IMG/VR virus record: IMGVR_UViG_3300047160_002519 | Span: 1-64,000 of that record | DNA: 64,000 bases | From: a virus | Strand: one strand, 5' to 3' | In this document: in pieces, positions 28,724-38,561 of the stretch | Layout of the letters: each line of letters opens with the position of its first letter | Numbering within the stretch: the stretch's first letter is position 1 | Notes under the pieces: model-generated | What the model was told of the DNA's origin: nothing | The model's input: only the letters and a program-made list of their open reading frames with translations | Databases searched by the model: none | Made by a program: the position numbers and the translations under genes

Positions 28724-29338
28724 ATGAAGCACGCGCCGAACATCGCATTCGACGGATTGCCCCTGCGCCATTTCGGCGCGATCGTCGCTGATCCACCCTG
28801 GAATTGGAAAAGCTATCGCGATGATATCGGCAGTAGATCGGCCGCACGGCATTATTCCGTGATGCAGCTTTCCGAGATCAAGATTTTGCCAGTGGCAAGC
28901 CTGACAGCGCCGACCGGCTGCCATCTGTTTCTCTGGACCACGGGTCCTCACCTCCAGCAAGCCTTTGAAGTGATCAATGCCTGGGGCTTCAAGTACTCGT
29001 CCGTCGCGTTCACGTGGCTGAAGCTCAAGCGCAGGTTCGAGAAGCCGCAACTGCGCTTCGTGTCCGACCTGACCCACGATTTCCACTTCGGTCTCGGCAA
29101 GACAACCCGCAAGAACATGGAGTTCTGCCTGCTCGCCCGGCGCGGCAACGCCCGTCGACTCGCGACCGATGTGCGCGAGCTAATCATCGCGCCAGTGCGC
29201 GAGCACAGCCGCAAGCCAGATGAAGCCATGGAGCGGATCGAGCGCTATAGCGTCGGGCCCTACCTCGAATTGTTCGCGCGCACCGAGCGGCCCGGCTGGA
29301 CATCCTGGGGAAACGAGAGGGAGAAGTTCAATGCTTAA
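28724..29338 (+). CDS. MT-A70 family adenine methyltransferase
   Basis: ADPPW, LFLWTT, WGF.Y, HSRKP, LELFAR...GW..WGNE. Confidence 0.92.
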   Translation: MKHAPNIAFDGLPLRHFGAIVADPPWNWKSYRDDIGSRSAARHYSVMQLSEIKILPVASLTAPTGCHLFLWTTGPHLQQAFEVINAWGFKYSSVAFTWLKLKRRFEKPQLRFVSDLTHDFHFGLGKTTRKNMEFCLLARRGNARRLATDVRELIIAPVREHSRKPDEAMERIERYSVGPYLELFARTERPGWTSWGNEREKFNA

Positions 29339-30131
29339 GAAAACCAATAGTAAGCTAGTGGACAAAGACGCCATTGAGATCGGTAAATGGTACTCCAAGA
29401 TTGGAGTAGTTGAGAATGTTAAAGCCGCAATCGAGTGCGGGACTAGATTAAAGTTGAAGAAGGATGTGCTTGATCACGGCGAATGGCTGCCATGGTTAGA
29501 GGTTAATGCTGACGTATTAGGTTTTGGCGAACGCACTGCGCGACTATTGATGTCGGCGGCAAAACGGAAGTTAACTGCCGATTTGGGCGAAGAAGAAGCT
29601 CGCCACATCCTCCGCGAGATTTGGGGGAATAAAGATGGCCAACTGATCCAACAGCATCTTTCCAACGAACACTACACCCCAAAGCAATATCTCGATGCAG
29701 CGCGCAAGGTGTTGGGAGGCATCGATCTCGATCCGGCATCCTGTGCTGAAGCGAATGCCATAGTAGGCGCGAAGAAGTTCTACACCGCCGATGATGATGG
29801 CTTGACGAAAACATGGTCCGGCCGTGTCTGGTTGAACCCGCCCTATGGCCGCAACGCTGGCGATTTCATCGCGAAGTTTATCAGCGACCACACAGCCAAA
29901 CGGATCAAGTGCGGCATCATTCTGGTCAACGCGCATTGTACCGATACGGATTGGTTTCAGCCGCTATGGGATGGCGTGCTCTGTTTCACCAATCACCGCA
30001 TTAACTTCTACGGCGATGACGAGCGCAGCGGGTCAACGCATGGATCGGTATTCACCTATTTCGGTGAGGAGAGGGCTCTTTTTGCGGAGACGTTTCCGCA
30101 GTTCGGCCCAGTGGTTCGGAGATACGCATAA
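29331..30131 (+). CDS. DUF3102-like domain fused to phage Dam-type N6-adenine methyltransferase
   Basis: G..L...K..L.HGEW..W; NEHYTP, IDLDPAS, DGL...W.G.VWLNPPY. Confidence 0.88.
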   Translation: MLKKTNSKLVDKDAIEIGKWYSKIGVVENVKAAIECGTRLKLKKDVLDHGEWLPWLEVNADVLGFGERTARLLMSAAKRKLTADLGEEEARHILREIWGNKDGQLIQQHLSNEHYTPKQYLDAARKVLGGIDLDPASCAEANAIVGAKKFYTADDDGLTKTWSGRVWLNPPYGRNAGDFIAKFISDHTAKRIKCGIILVNAHCTDTDWFQPLWDGVLCFTNHRINFYGDDERSGSTHGSVFTYFGEERALFAETFPQFGPVVRRYA

Positions 30132-30605
30132 ATGCCGATTGACCGTCCCCAAAAATATCTGGAGGGCATCTGGGATTGGGGTTTCCTCAATGAAGTCTGT
30201 TTTCCGGGCACATCACCGAATTATGGCATCAGTGATCTTGATGGGTTTTCGGATTACGAGGGCATCGAGCCGAAGCAGGGCTACAACCACAGACGAGGTC
30301 ATCATCTGTTGATTGAAGCCAAGGATGTGAATGTCAGGATTAAGAAGGGCCAACTGATCTATCACGCCGATCTCACCAAGATCGGATTCTCGATAATTTA
30401 TTTGTGGGGAAAAGCAAACACCTTCCCCATTCGCAAATTGCAGTGGTGGAGAGAATTCAGAGAAAATCCCAACGAGCCACGCCAAGAAGTCAGCAAAGAT
30501 CGACTTATAGAGCTGGTCTGCAAGTGGTTTCAACATGCGGATCGCTATCCCATTAGCCCCCCGCCTGAAGCGGCATTTTATACCAGCAAAGAGGGAGATT
30601 TTTGA
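30132..30605 (+). CDS. PD-(D/E)xK-like hypothetical protein (lower GC)
   Basis: SDLDG...LLIEAK...GQ. Confidence 0.5.
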   Translation: MPIDRPQKYLEGIWDWGFLNEVCFPGTSPNYGISDLDGFSDYEGIEPKQGYNHRRGHHLLIEAKDVNVRIKKGQLIYHADLTKIGFSIIYLWGKANTFPIRKLQWWREFRENPNEPRQEVSKDRLIELVCKWFQHADRYPISPPPEAAFYTSKEGDF

Positions 30606-31291
30606 TGCCGAACGGGACGAGCGAGACGCCAATCTGCGACCTGATCGAGCGTTTAGTGTTGTCACGCGTGACAGGCGTGACTGTCACGCGTGACAGCGTG
30701 ACAGAAGCCCTCGCGGCAGCCCGTCCCGTCGAGCTTGCACTTCAAAAAAACCCAATGAGTACAATGGAAAAAAGGGAAAAGGACCGTGTGCGGCAGGCCG
30801 CGTGGCGGGCTCGGACGTCACGCGATGTCACACGTGACAAGCGTGACAAGCGTGAATCTGCTCTTACTTACTTAGATAGTAGTTATAATACTGAATTCTC
30901 TCAGAAAAAAGGAAGTAAGAAAGTAAGTAAGGTGTCGAATGTCACGCCTGTCACGCGTGACAAGCCGATGCGCAACAAGGGACATGAGTTGCCGGTTGAC
31001 TGGAAGCCAACCGAGAAGCACTACGCGAAGGGCGAGACGCTCGGATTCCACCGAGGGCAGATCGACTGGTTCGCGGAACGGATGCGCAACTGGGCAGAAG
31101 CAAACAAGCACAGGGCGGTCGCACGGAAATCAAACTGGGATGCTGCGTTTAGCAATTGGATCGCGGACAAGGCTGGCCGCGATCAGCCGAGAGGAGGGGT
31201 CAATGGACAAGCTACCGGACATCAGCAAAGTTTCCCGCTTGCAAGACTCGCAATGCACCTCAAGCGACGCCAACAAGCTGGCGAGGGTTAG
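30605..31291 (+). CDS. Replication initiator (lambda O-analogous) containing the origin
   Basis: Internal iterons; LP.DW.P...K.NWDAAF.NW C-terminal motif. Confidence 0.75.
   Translation: MPNGTSETPICDLIERLVLSRVTGVTVTRDSVTEALAAARPVELALQKNPMSTMEKREKDRVRQAAWRARTSRDVTRDKRDKRESALTYLDSSYNTEFSQKKGSKKVSKVSNVTPVTRDKPMRNKGHELPVDWKPTEKHYAKGETLGFHRGQIDWFAERMRNWAEANKHRAVARKSNWDAAFSNWIADKAGRDQPRGGVNGQATGHQQSFPLARLAMHLKRRQQAGEG
30660..30962. repeat. Replication origin: TGTCAC(G/A)CGTGACA iterons flanking an AT-rich tract
   Basis: Full copies at 30660, 30682, 30826, 30949 plus GCGTGACA half-sites; AT-rich 30862-30931. Confidence 0.8.
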
Positions 31292-31811
31292 GAAGGCTGG
31301 CATTAGGCCGCCGGTCGTCAATACCGAGGCCGATCTGATCATTCCGAAGTCGGCCTGGAGCACGTGGAAGGAAACCGGCAAGCCGCGCAAGCTGCGGCGC
31401 GGGTTGACGAAGGATGAACGCGACGCGCTTGTCCGACGTAGGAACGAACTGCAGCCGTGGGTGGTTGGCTTCCACGAATCGGAAAGGGATGCGGTCGCGT
31501 TTGCGCTCTCCGAAATGCTGATGATGTTTCCCGGCTACTCGATGCAAAGGGGTGACGAAGGCGCGGTGGCGCATGTCGATCTGCTGATGGGCAAGGTCGC
31601 GGATTCCCCAGCATGGGCGATCATCAAGGCGTGCGAGAAGATCGGGACGCACGGCTATACCAAAACGACGGGCATCGGTGAGTACCACACCGAGCGGCAC
31701 TGGCCGCCATCGGGACCCGAACTGTTCATCGTCGTTGAGGAATGCACCAAGATGTATAGGGACCAGTTCGATAGCGCGACGCGGCTACTCGAAGCGGAGG
31801 TGGGAGAATGA
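31203..31811 (+). CDS. Putative helicase-loader-like replication protein
   Basis: Follows initiator; P.WAI..AC...WPPS..EL. Confidence 0.5.
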   Translation: MDKLPDISKVSRLQDSQCTSSDANKLARVRKAGIRPPVVNTEADLIIPKSAWSTWKETGKPRKLRRGLTKDERDALVRRRNELQPWVVGFHESERDAVAFALSEMLMMFPGYSMQRGDEGAVAHVDLLMGKVADSPAWAIIKACEKIGTHGYTKTTGIGEYHTERHWPPSGPELFIVVEECTKMYRDQFDSATRLLEAEVGE

Positions 31812-32170
31812 TGGGGTTTTTAGATTGGGACAATCTGCCATCGCTGATGCGGGACATGATCCTCGAAAACGATCCCTTCATGAAATTATTAGGAGACGTC
31901 GGGCCGGACTATCCCGAGGTTGAGGAGGGGCGGAATCGTTTCCTCAAATACGATGCAAGCTGGATGAGCGACTTTATTGAGCAGGCAGGGAGCAAAAACG
32001 AACGGCGAGCCTTGATTGCAATTCAATCCGTCTGCCTAAACTTGACGGAGAGCAGGCACATTCCGGACTGGAAGGGGATTTACCTCGCTTCGGTAGGGGG
32101 AGTCGTACAAGAAGCACACGAGAAAATGCGAAAGGATTGGGACTATGACCAACATCCTGAACTACGTTGA
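31808..32170 (+). CDS. Hypothetical protein (lower GC)
   Basis: ATGA-coupled ORF. Confidence 0.55.
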   Translation: MMGFLDWDNLPSLMRDMILENDPFMKLLGDVGPDYPEVEEGRNRFLKYDASWMSDFIEQAGSKNERRALIAIQSVCLNLTESRHIPDWKGIYLASVGGVVQEAHEKMRKDWDYDQHPELR

Positions 32171-32286
32171 CGTGACGCCGCTGTTTGCGCCGTTCCATTG
32201 CCCGAACCAGCGCCTCGAACTGCCAGGGATGGAAAGCGAGGTGGTGGTTTCCCAGATCGAATTCGACAAGCTTTGCAAGATGCTCG

Positions 32287-32443
32287 TACGGTGCTCGATC
32301 CATTTGGTGGCGCTGGTACGACCGGACTCGTCGCTGATCGCCTGCAACGCAATGCGATCCTAATCGAACTCAACTCTAGTTATGCCGAGATGGCCGAACG
32401 ACGCTTAGTGATGGATGCCGGTCTGTTTGCTCAAATGGAATAG
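32287..32443 (+). pseudogene. C-terminal remnant of an N4/N6 DNA methyltransferase
   Basis: TVLDPFGGAGTTGLVA..L.RNAILIELN..Y with no upstream catalytic motif in frame. Confidence 0.75.
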
Positions 32444-32460
32444 GAGAATTTGGTCAAGTC

Positions 32461-32913
32461 ATGAAGCATGGCAACGCAGGAGAGTACGATCGCGTGCGGC
32501 GGCACGCCTCGATCAAGAAGCAAATGGACCGTGAGCGCGAGCGCGGCTTCGAGGAGGAGCCGCGCGACACCGACCGGGTGCAGGCGGCGCTCGATGACTT
32601 CAACGCACGCATGGCTGTGCTGGAGGAGGCCGAGATCAGGGCGAAGGCCGAACGTCTGAAGCACGCGTTCGAGTTCACGATGCGTGCCAACGAAGCGGTG
32701 CTAATCCGGGAGTGGCAGGCCGCCGGTGTCGAGTGCCTGTGGAAGGATCAGCGCGGCGTGCCGACGATGTCCTACTCGCTGGCCAAGATGTTCGGCTGGA
32801 CGATCCGCGAAAAGAACGGCACCCGCACGTTGGTGAAGCCCCCGCCCCCGAGGAAGCCGGAGCGCCGCGAAGCGCCCCAGGAGCCCGAGGACTCGATCAA
32901 GGACACGTTCTGA
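32461..32913 (+). CDS. Hypothetical protein
   Basis: RBS GGAG, coupled to next gene. Confidence 0.6.
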   Translation: MKHGNAGEYDRVRRHASIKKQMDRERERGFEEEPRDTDRVQAALDDFNARMAVLEEAEIRAKAERLKHAFEFTMRANEAVLIREWQAAGVECLWKDQRGVPTMSYSLAKMFGWTIREKNGTRTLVKPPPPRKPERREAPQEPEDSIKDTF

Positions 32914-34469
32914 TGGCGAAGCAACCGGACGCACAATGGCCGACCACGAAAAAGGATTGGTGGCCGCTCAACAAGATCAAGCCATACGAGAAGAACCCGC
33001 GCACACATCCGAAGGACCAGATCGCGCTACTTGCCACGATGATGAAAAAGTTCGGCGTCGACCAGCCAATCGTCGTCGACGAGAAGGGCGTGATCATCAA
33101 GGGGCACGGACGGCTGCAGGCGGCATACGAGGCGGGCTTCACGAGCTTTCCGGTGGTAGTGCATCGCGGACTGTCGGCCGCCAACAAGCAGGCGATGCGG
33201 ATCGCGGACAATCAGGTCGCGCTGCTGTCGGGCTGGGATGACAACTTGCTGCGCACCGAGATGACGACGCTATCAAGCGCCGGGTTCGACATGGCGCTGA
33301 CGGGCTTTGACGGCAAGACGGTGGACCGCCTCATTGGCACCTTCGCCACCCCGACCAAGGACCCAGACGATCGGCCGCCGCTGCCGAAGAAAACCTACGT
33401 CAAGAAGGGCGACCTATTCATCCTGGGGGAGCACAAGATTCTTTGCGGTGATGCCACCGACAAGCAAGCATGGGGCCAATTGATGGGGGATCGGTGGGCC
33501 TCGATGGTTTTTACCGATCCGCCATACGGCGTGAGTTATCTCGATGATGCGATCAAGGGCGATAGCAAGCGGCGGGACGAACTGTTCGGGATGTTGGTGA
33601 AGGCGTTCAAGGAGATGGTGCAGCGGGCTACTGAGACGGCCGCATATTACATTTGGCACGCTTCTAGCACGCGGCGGGACTTCGAGCAGGCCATGCAAGC
33701 GGCGGGTCTGATGGAGCGCCAGTACCTGATCTGGGCGAAGCCGAGCCCGGTGCTCGGGCACGCCGACTATCAATGGGCGCACGAGCCCTGCTTTTACGCG
33801 AGCGATGCAAGGTACGCGCCAACCTTCTACGGCGATCGGGCCGAACAGACCGTTTGGCGGATCGAGGCGGTGCGAAGCAAGACTGAGGCCAGCACGGTCT
33901 TAGGATCGGGGGTGCTCGTGCTGTCGGGGACCGGCATGCAGCTCTGGGTCCAGCCGAAGGCACCGAAGGGCAAGAAGGTCAGGGAAGTACGGTTGACCCA
34001 AAAACTCGAGAAACTCGTACTGACGGACGGCACCGGGACGGGCACGGTCTGGGAGGTGAGCCGGGACCAGGGCACGATCCACCCGACGCAGAAGCCGGTG
34101 GCGCTGGCGACCAGGGCGATCGAGAACTCCAGCCGACCGGGGGATATCGTGGCGGACGGGTTCTCGGGGAGCGGGACCACGCTGATCGCCTGCGAACTGA
34201 CGGGGCGGCGGGCCAGGGTTATGGAACTGGACCCGATCTACGTCCAGGCGGCGGTTGAGAGGTGGGAACAGTTTACCGGCGGCAAGGCGGTCAAGCCCCA
34301 GGTCGAGCAGCCCAAGAAAAAGGCCCCGCGCCGCGCCGCGCGAGGCCGTACAGAAGCCGGGGCGAAGGGCCGCCCCAACGGCAGGGGTCAGGACAGACCG
34401 ACCCCACGGGCCGCCCAAACGGCGCAGAGCCGCTCGACGGTATCCGACAGCGACTCGCCCTCGAACTGA
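32913..34469 (+). CDS. ParB-like N-terminal domain fused to N4/N6 DNA methyltransferase
   Basis: PY.KNPR.H, PIVVD, GHGRL.AA, IADN; DPPY, HPTQKP, DGFSGSGTT. Confidence 0.93.
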   Translation: MAKQPDAQWPTTKKDWWPLNKIKPYEKNPRTHPKDQIALLATMMKKFGVDQPIVVDEKGVIIKGHGRLQAAYEAGFTSFPVVVHRGLSAANKQAMRIADNQVALLSGWDDNLLRTEMTTLSSAGFDMALTGFDGKTVDRLIGTFATPTKDPDDRPPLPKKTYVKKGDLFILGEHKILCGDATDKQAWGQLMGDRWASMVFTDPPYGVSYLDDAIKGDSKRRDELFGMLVKAFKEMVQRATETAAYYIWHASSTRRDFEQAMQAAGLMERQYLIWAKPSPVLGHADYQWAHEPCFYASDARYAPTFYGDRAEQTVWRIEAVRSKTEASTVLGSGVLVLSGTGMQLWVQPKAPKGKKVREVRLTQKLEKLVLTDGTGTGTVWEVSRDQGTIHPTQKPVALATRAIENSSRPGDIVADGFSGSGTTLIACELTGRRARVMELDPIYVQAAVERWEQFTGGKAVKPQVEQPKKKAPRRAARGRTEAGAKGRPNGRGQDRPTPRAAQTAQSRSTVSDSDSPSN

Positions 34470-34618
34470 AGCTTGACCAGCCGGGCGACCAGGGCGTCGT
34501 CGAGTTCGACCCCCCGGTTCCCATTCGATAGCCGGGTGGAGATATCCCGCCACTCGGCCCCAGGGGTGCATTGCGCCCGGACGGCTTGACTGGCGCGCTC
34601 GGTGAGTTCCACGAACAT
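34388..34618 (-). CDS. Small protein, paralog of 26766..26993
   Basis: GESLSDTVERL. Confidence 0.55.
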   Translation of the reverse strand: MFVELTERASQAVRAQCTPGAEWRDISTRLSNGNRGVELDDALVARLVKLQFEGESLSDTVERLCAVWAARGVGLS

Positions 34619-34627
34619 GAGACCCCC

Positions 34628-34975
34628 CTATGCCGCCCAATAGCGGGTTTCGCGGCCGATCTTCTCGGTGCGGAGCTTGATGCCCAGGGACCGCGCCTGC
34701 TGGGGCATCGACACGGCTGGCCAATCACAGGCCTCCATGACGTCCTTCGCAGTGCAACCGTTCTTCCGGGCGAGCAGCTTCGCGATGATCTCCAGCTTGG
34801 AGCCGGGCTTCGGGGCACCGCCGTTCTTCTTGGCGGCGGCTTTCTTCTTCGGGGTTTTGGCTTCGGGCAAGGCATCCTCCTTTTTGATGTGGTCGGCGTT
34901 TTCATGGTGGTAGGCCCCGCACTGGTCGCACCACGGCATCGCGGGATCGGCCGGGGTTTCGTTGTCTGTTTCCAT
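34628..34975 (-). CDS. DUF3489-like winged-helix protein
   Basis: PGSKL..I..LL.R..G.T...VM.A.DW..VS...RY. Confidence 0.7.
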   Translation of the reverse strand: METDNETPADPAMPWCDQCGAYHHENADHIKKEDALPEAKTPKKKAAAKKNGGAPKPGSKLEIIAKLLARKNGCTAKDVMEACDWPAVSMPQQARSLGIKLRTEKIGRETRYWAA

Positions 34976-35039
34976 AGGCAGCCTCCTCATTCAAGTTTGA
35001 AAACCCGGGGGCCGGAGCCCCCGGGGCAGGACAGTGGGG

Positions 35040-35348
35040 TTAGAGAGTATCGATCGCGGCGAGGAGCATGCGGTAGTGCTCGATCGCACCGAGTAGCGCC
35101 TCCTGACGATCCATCGGCACGGCGACGACGCCGGAACGATTGGTGACGTACTGGTTCGTTGAGGTGACGGTGGCCTCATCGACGGCGACCGGATAAACGG
35201 AGCCATCGGGCTGAAATTGCGCGCCGAGCCAGTAGAGCTTCCAGACGTAAACAACGCCCTTTTTCTCTTCCTTGATCATCGCGGCTTCGAGCCGGACGAT
35301 GTGCCCGAGCAGAACTTCGCGGACCTCTTTGATCGCACAGCGATCCAT
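35040..35348 (-). CDS. Hypothetical protein
   Basis: RBS AGGAGG; MDRCAIKEVRE... Confidence 0.6.
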   Translation of the reverse strand: MDRCAIKEVREVLLGHIVRLEAAMIKEEKKGVVYVWKLYWLGAQFQPDGSVYPVAVDEATVTSTNQYVTNRSGVVAVPMDRQEALLGAIEHYRMLLAAIDTL

Positions 35349-35543
35349 GGGCTTCCTCCTTAAAAGGGTTGGCGAGAAGCTTGCTCGATGCAGTGACGCC
35401 GGAATGTCACTTCTGGGCACTAACCGTTTTAAGGGCGGACACCTGCAAGCCTCTCTGACGCCTCAAGCCCGGTAAGCTTTCGCTGCCGGGCGTAGGTGGC
35501 AATCAGAAAAAACAATCCATGAGCCAGTTGAGGAAGCGGTTGA

Positions 35544-36032
35544 TCATGCGGCCACCGCCTCGAAGTGCTTGATACATTCAGGGCCGAATCCGGACTCGAT
35601 CGACTCGGGATGGGTGAGGCGGATGCCGCAGCGCCCGCAGCGTCCCTCATGCCAGACCTCAAGGGTCTTCGGGATCGAGCCATTCTCGATCGCCTGCCAA
35701 GCCCAGGCGAACGCGGCGGCAGAGCGAGCATCGGGCGCGACCTTGGCCTTTTGACCGCCATGCTTGAACACCTGCGCGCCGTCGAGCGCACCGGCGACCG
35801 CAGGCTTTACGAAACCGAAGTAGAGGTAGTTCTTGTCCGCACCGGACAGCACCTTGACGAACCGGAAGCCATTGTCGGTCTCGCCTTCCTTCAGCTTCGG
35901 CGCACGCACCGAGAAGGTGAAGTGCGAGCCGGAGGACTTGGACTTGAGGGTGAGGTAGGCATTGCCAGCAAGTGCGAACTTGCGAACCTGGGCGGGGTCA
36001 GTGAGAAGGCGCGGGTGAAACTCTTTCGACAT
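35544..36032 (-). CDS. DUF6011-like Zn-finger protein
   Basis: GRCGRCG..LT.PESI..GFGPEC. Confidence 0.8.
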   Translation of the reverse strand: MSKEFHPRLLTDPAQVRKFALAGNAYLTLKSKSSGSHFTFSVRAPKLKEGETDNGFRFVKVLSGADKNYLYFGFVKPAVAGALDGAQVFKHGGQKAKVAPDARSAAAFAWAWQAIENGSIPKTLEVWHEGRCGRCGIRLTHPESIESGFGPECIKHFEAVAA

Positions 36033-36086
36033 TCTGTTCTCCTATCGGCGGGGGATGAGCGTCCCCCGGCGCAGGAGTTGTGTGCC

Positions 36087-36105
36087 ATGGTTAACGGCGG
36101 GTTGA
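36087..36105 (-). promoter_or_regulatory. CtrA-box-like site
   Basis: Minus strand TCAA-CCCGCCG-TTAACCAT, one mismatch to TTAA-N7-TTAA. Confidence 0.35.
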
Positions 36106-36145
36106 AAGAAAAAAGCGTTGTAATCATGTTGCTATTTTCGAGGGC

Positions 36146-36180
36146 AAAAAAAGCCCGGCAGCGCGGAGCCGCCACCGGGC
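36146..36180 (-). terminator. Rho-independent terminator
   Basis: GCCCGGTGGCG...CGCTGCCGGGC followed by TTTTTTT on minus strand. Confidence 0.75.
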
Positions 36181-36239
36181 AAGGATTCGGGAGGTAGGGG
36201 GACAGTCAGACGTTCGCTCTCCCCCAGAGCGGCCATAGA

Positions 36240-36581
36240 TTAGCGACGTAGCGAAACCAAGGCAGGACTGGGCACCGCGAGCACGCCCGGCTGCTCGGAC
36301 ACGCGGCACAAGGCATCGGCCCAGTTCGCCAGGGCTTCCGCGAGCGCGGCGCGGCCAGCTTCCGTAATGACAGTCTCACAGCCGACCCCATCGGCGCACG
36401 CCCGGGTACAGAGGAACCGCCGCGCAATCAAGGAGGCGACCAGCCGCCGCCGCGATGCCATATCGGCCCGCGCGCCGAGCGTGGCGTCCTTGGTCGGGGA
36501 GTGGAGGGCGACGGGGCGACCGTCGAGATGTTCAATGAGGAGATCACGGGCGAGAATGCACACCAAGGGGTCTGTCGACAT
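36240..36581 (-). CDS. Hypothetical protein, possible wHTH
   Basis: RBS GGAGG; ITEAGRAAL. Confidence 0.5.
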   Translation of the reverse strand: MSTDPLVCILARDLLIEHLDGRPVALHSPTKDATLGARADMASRRRLVASLIARRFLCTRACADGVGCETVITEAGRAALAEALANWADALCRVSEQPGVLAVPSPALVSLRR

Positions 36582-36683
36582 TATAGCCTCCGGGCTGGAT
36601 TCATAGGCTTACCCCCAAGGATTTGGATTGTCCACTAGCTATCGGGGATGATAATCCCTATCGTAGGCAAAGAGGAATCTACC

Positions 36684-37457
36684 ATGAAGCGCTACCAGGG
36701 CGATTTCAAACAGCATCAACAGAACATGCGCTCTGGAAGCTGCAAGTGGCTGCAATCGTACACCGATGATCTAAACGACGATCTCAAAGGGGAATCCATG
36801 AAACAAGGCGTCAAATCCACCGAACGAAAAAGCGTCTTCACGATCTGCTCGATGAACATTGAGGGCGCGACCCGCAGGGCCATGCGGGCGACTTGCGTCA
36901 ACTGCGGGCATACGCAGAACACGGTCGCCAACGCGCAGCACTACAACGACTCGGGCTCAGATGAGCGCGAGGACCGGCGCATCGGTCGGAAGTTCATCAA
37001 GGAAGGCTGGGAAGTCGATCTCTTCGGCGGCAAACACATTTGCCCAGGCTGCAGGAGCCCGCAGGCGATTAAGCAACAGACACTAGAAAAGGAGCACGAG
37101 ATGGAGGCCACGGTGGTAGCGATGCCGGTGCGCGGGATGAGCCGCGAGGATAAGCGGATCGTTTTTCAGAAGATCAGCGAAGTCTACGTCGGGGAGCAAG
37201 CCGGCTATCAGCCTCCGTGGACGGACGAGCTTGTCGCGCGCGACCTCGGCGTGCCTCGCGCCTGGGTGGCAGAGATCAGGGAGGAGATGTTCGGACCCCT
37301 GGCCTCGAACAGCGACATTGACGATGCGGTCAAGGCGGCGCAGACCCTCACCAACGAGATGGTTGCGATCCGCGAGCGATCCGAGGAATTGGGGCGGCAG
37401 GCTGAGACCATGCTCAAGCGGCTCGGCAGCATCGTGAAAAACCTGGGAGCGAATTGA
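36684..37457 (+). CDS. Zn-ribbon/HTH hypothetical protein
   Basis: CVNC and CPGC; TD..VA..LGVPRAWV..IREE.FG; start uncertain. Confidence 0.65.
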   Translation: MKRYQGDFKQHQQNMRSGSCKWLQSYTDDLNDDLKGESMKQGVKSTERKSVFTICSMNIEGATRRAMRATCVNCGHTQNTVANAQHYNDSGSDEREDRRIGRKFIKEGWEVDLFGGKHICPGCRSPQAIKQQTLEKEHEMEATVVAMPVRGMSREDKRIVFQKISEVYVGEQAGYQPPWTDELVARDLGVPRAWVAEIREEMFGPLASNSDIDDAVKAAQTLTNEMVAIRERSEELGRQAETMLKRLGSIVKNLGAN

Positions 37458-37580
37458 TGGGCTTCGATCGCGCCACGGGACTGTTCAACTCGCCCATGAT
37501 GGGCGAGTCGATGCGCATCAGCGGCGACGACATGGTCTGCGGAGCGGGCCATCCTGCTAGAAAAAAGAAAGGAGGGGACC

Positions 37581-37790
37581 ATGATCGACGACAGTGACAT
37601 CCTGATCCTGCGCTACCTGCGCGCGGCGAACCGCCCGATCTTCGGCGGCCATCTTTCGCGCAACGAGCCGCTGACCGACACGCGGTTGCTCCGCATGATC
37701 GAGAACGGCTGGGTCACTGCCGATGGCGAAGGGATCGGCTATTCGATCACCGATGCCGGGCGTGAGGCGTTGAAGCAGGCGGGCAAATGA
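37581..37790 (+). CDS. Small wHTH-like protein
   Basis: Y.ITDAGREAL; strong RBS. Confidence 0.55.
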   Translation: MIDDSDILILRYLRAANRPIFGGHLSRNEPLTDTRLLRMIENGWVTADGEGIGYSITDAGREALKQAGK

Positions 37791-38180
37791 ACAAAACGAG
37801 GAAAGCGAATGGATATGCTTTGCATCGCCATTGGACTGCTCATGCTTTGCATCACCGCCGCTGACGTCATCATCGGCATCGTCTACGGAGAGGACGAATG
37901 GACCCACAGGCCGCACTGACCAGACTGATCGAGAGCGCACTCGAAAGCGACGATCCCAATCTATCCGACACCGCACACGGTCTCATCAGTTGGCACGCCA
38001 GAGGCGGTTTTCTGCCGGACCTCAAGCTGGCACTCGATCGAGCCGTGGAGAAGGGACTGCACAAATGAACGATGACTTCGAGGATGCCAAGGCTTTCATC
38101 CACGGAGTTATCTGGGGCATCGCGGTGTCGGCGCTGCTGTGCGCTGTCGTGGCGATCAAGGTGATAACGGATTTCCCGCA

Positions 38181-38489
38181 ATGAAGCATAACAACGAAGG
38201 AAGCATCAACGTGAAGATTGGCGAAGCGACCGGCAACGGCGGCCGGGCGGCTGAATCGTGCGACATCGACGTCGAAAGGATGATCCGCGATCTGCGCGCG
38301 ATGATGGGGCATCGGCGGCTGCAGGGGAAGATCGATGAGCAGCGCAATGCCGACATGCGCCACCTCGTCGCGCTGCTGTCACAGCTTTATTGTCTGTGCA
38401 GAGGAAAGACTGATTTCATCAGCGCTGACAGCCCGCTGATGAAGTCGATCGCGATTGCCCTCGAACAGCAAGGGAGGTTCTGGAGATGA
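38181..38489 (+). CDS. Hypothetical protein
   Basis: ATGA-coupled ORF. Confidence 0.45.
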   Translation: MKHNNEGSINVKIGEATGNGGRAAESCDIDVERMIRDLRAMMGHRRLQGKIDEQRNADMRHLVALLSQLYCLCRGKTDFISADSPLMKSIAIALEQQGRFWR

Positions 38490-38561
38490 GCGATATGCCG
38501 GGCAACGGATTTTTATGGAGGGAGAGATGACGAGCAGTCAACCAGGGCACTAACGATTGAC

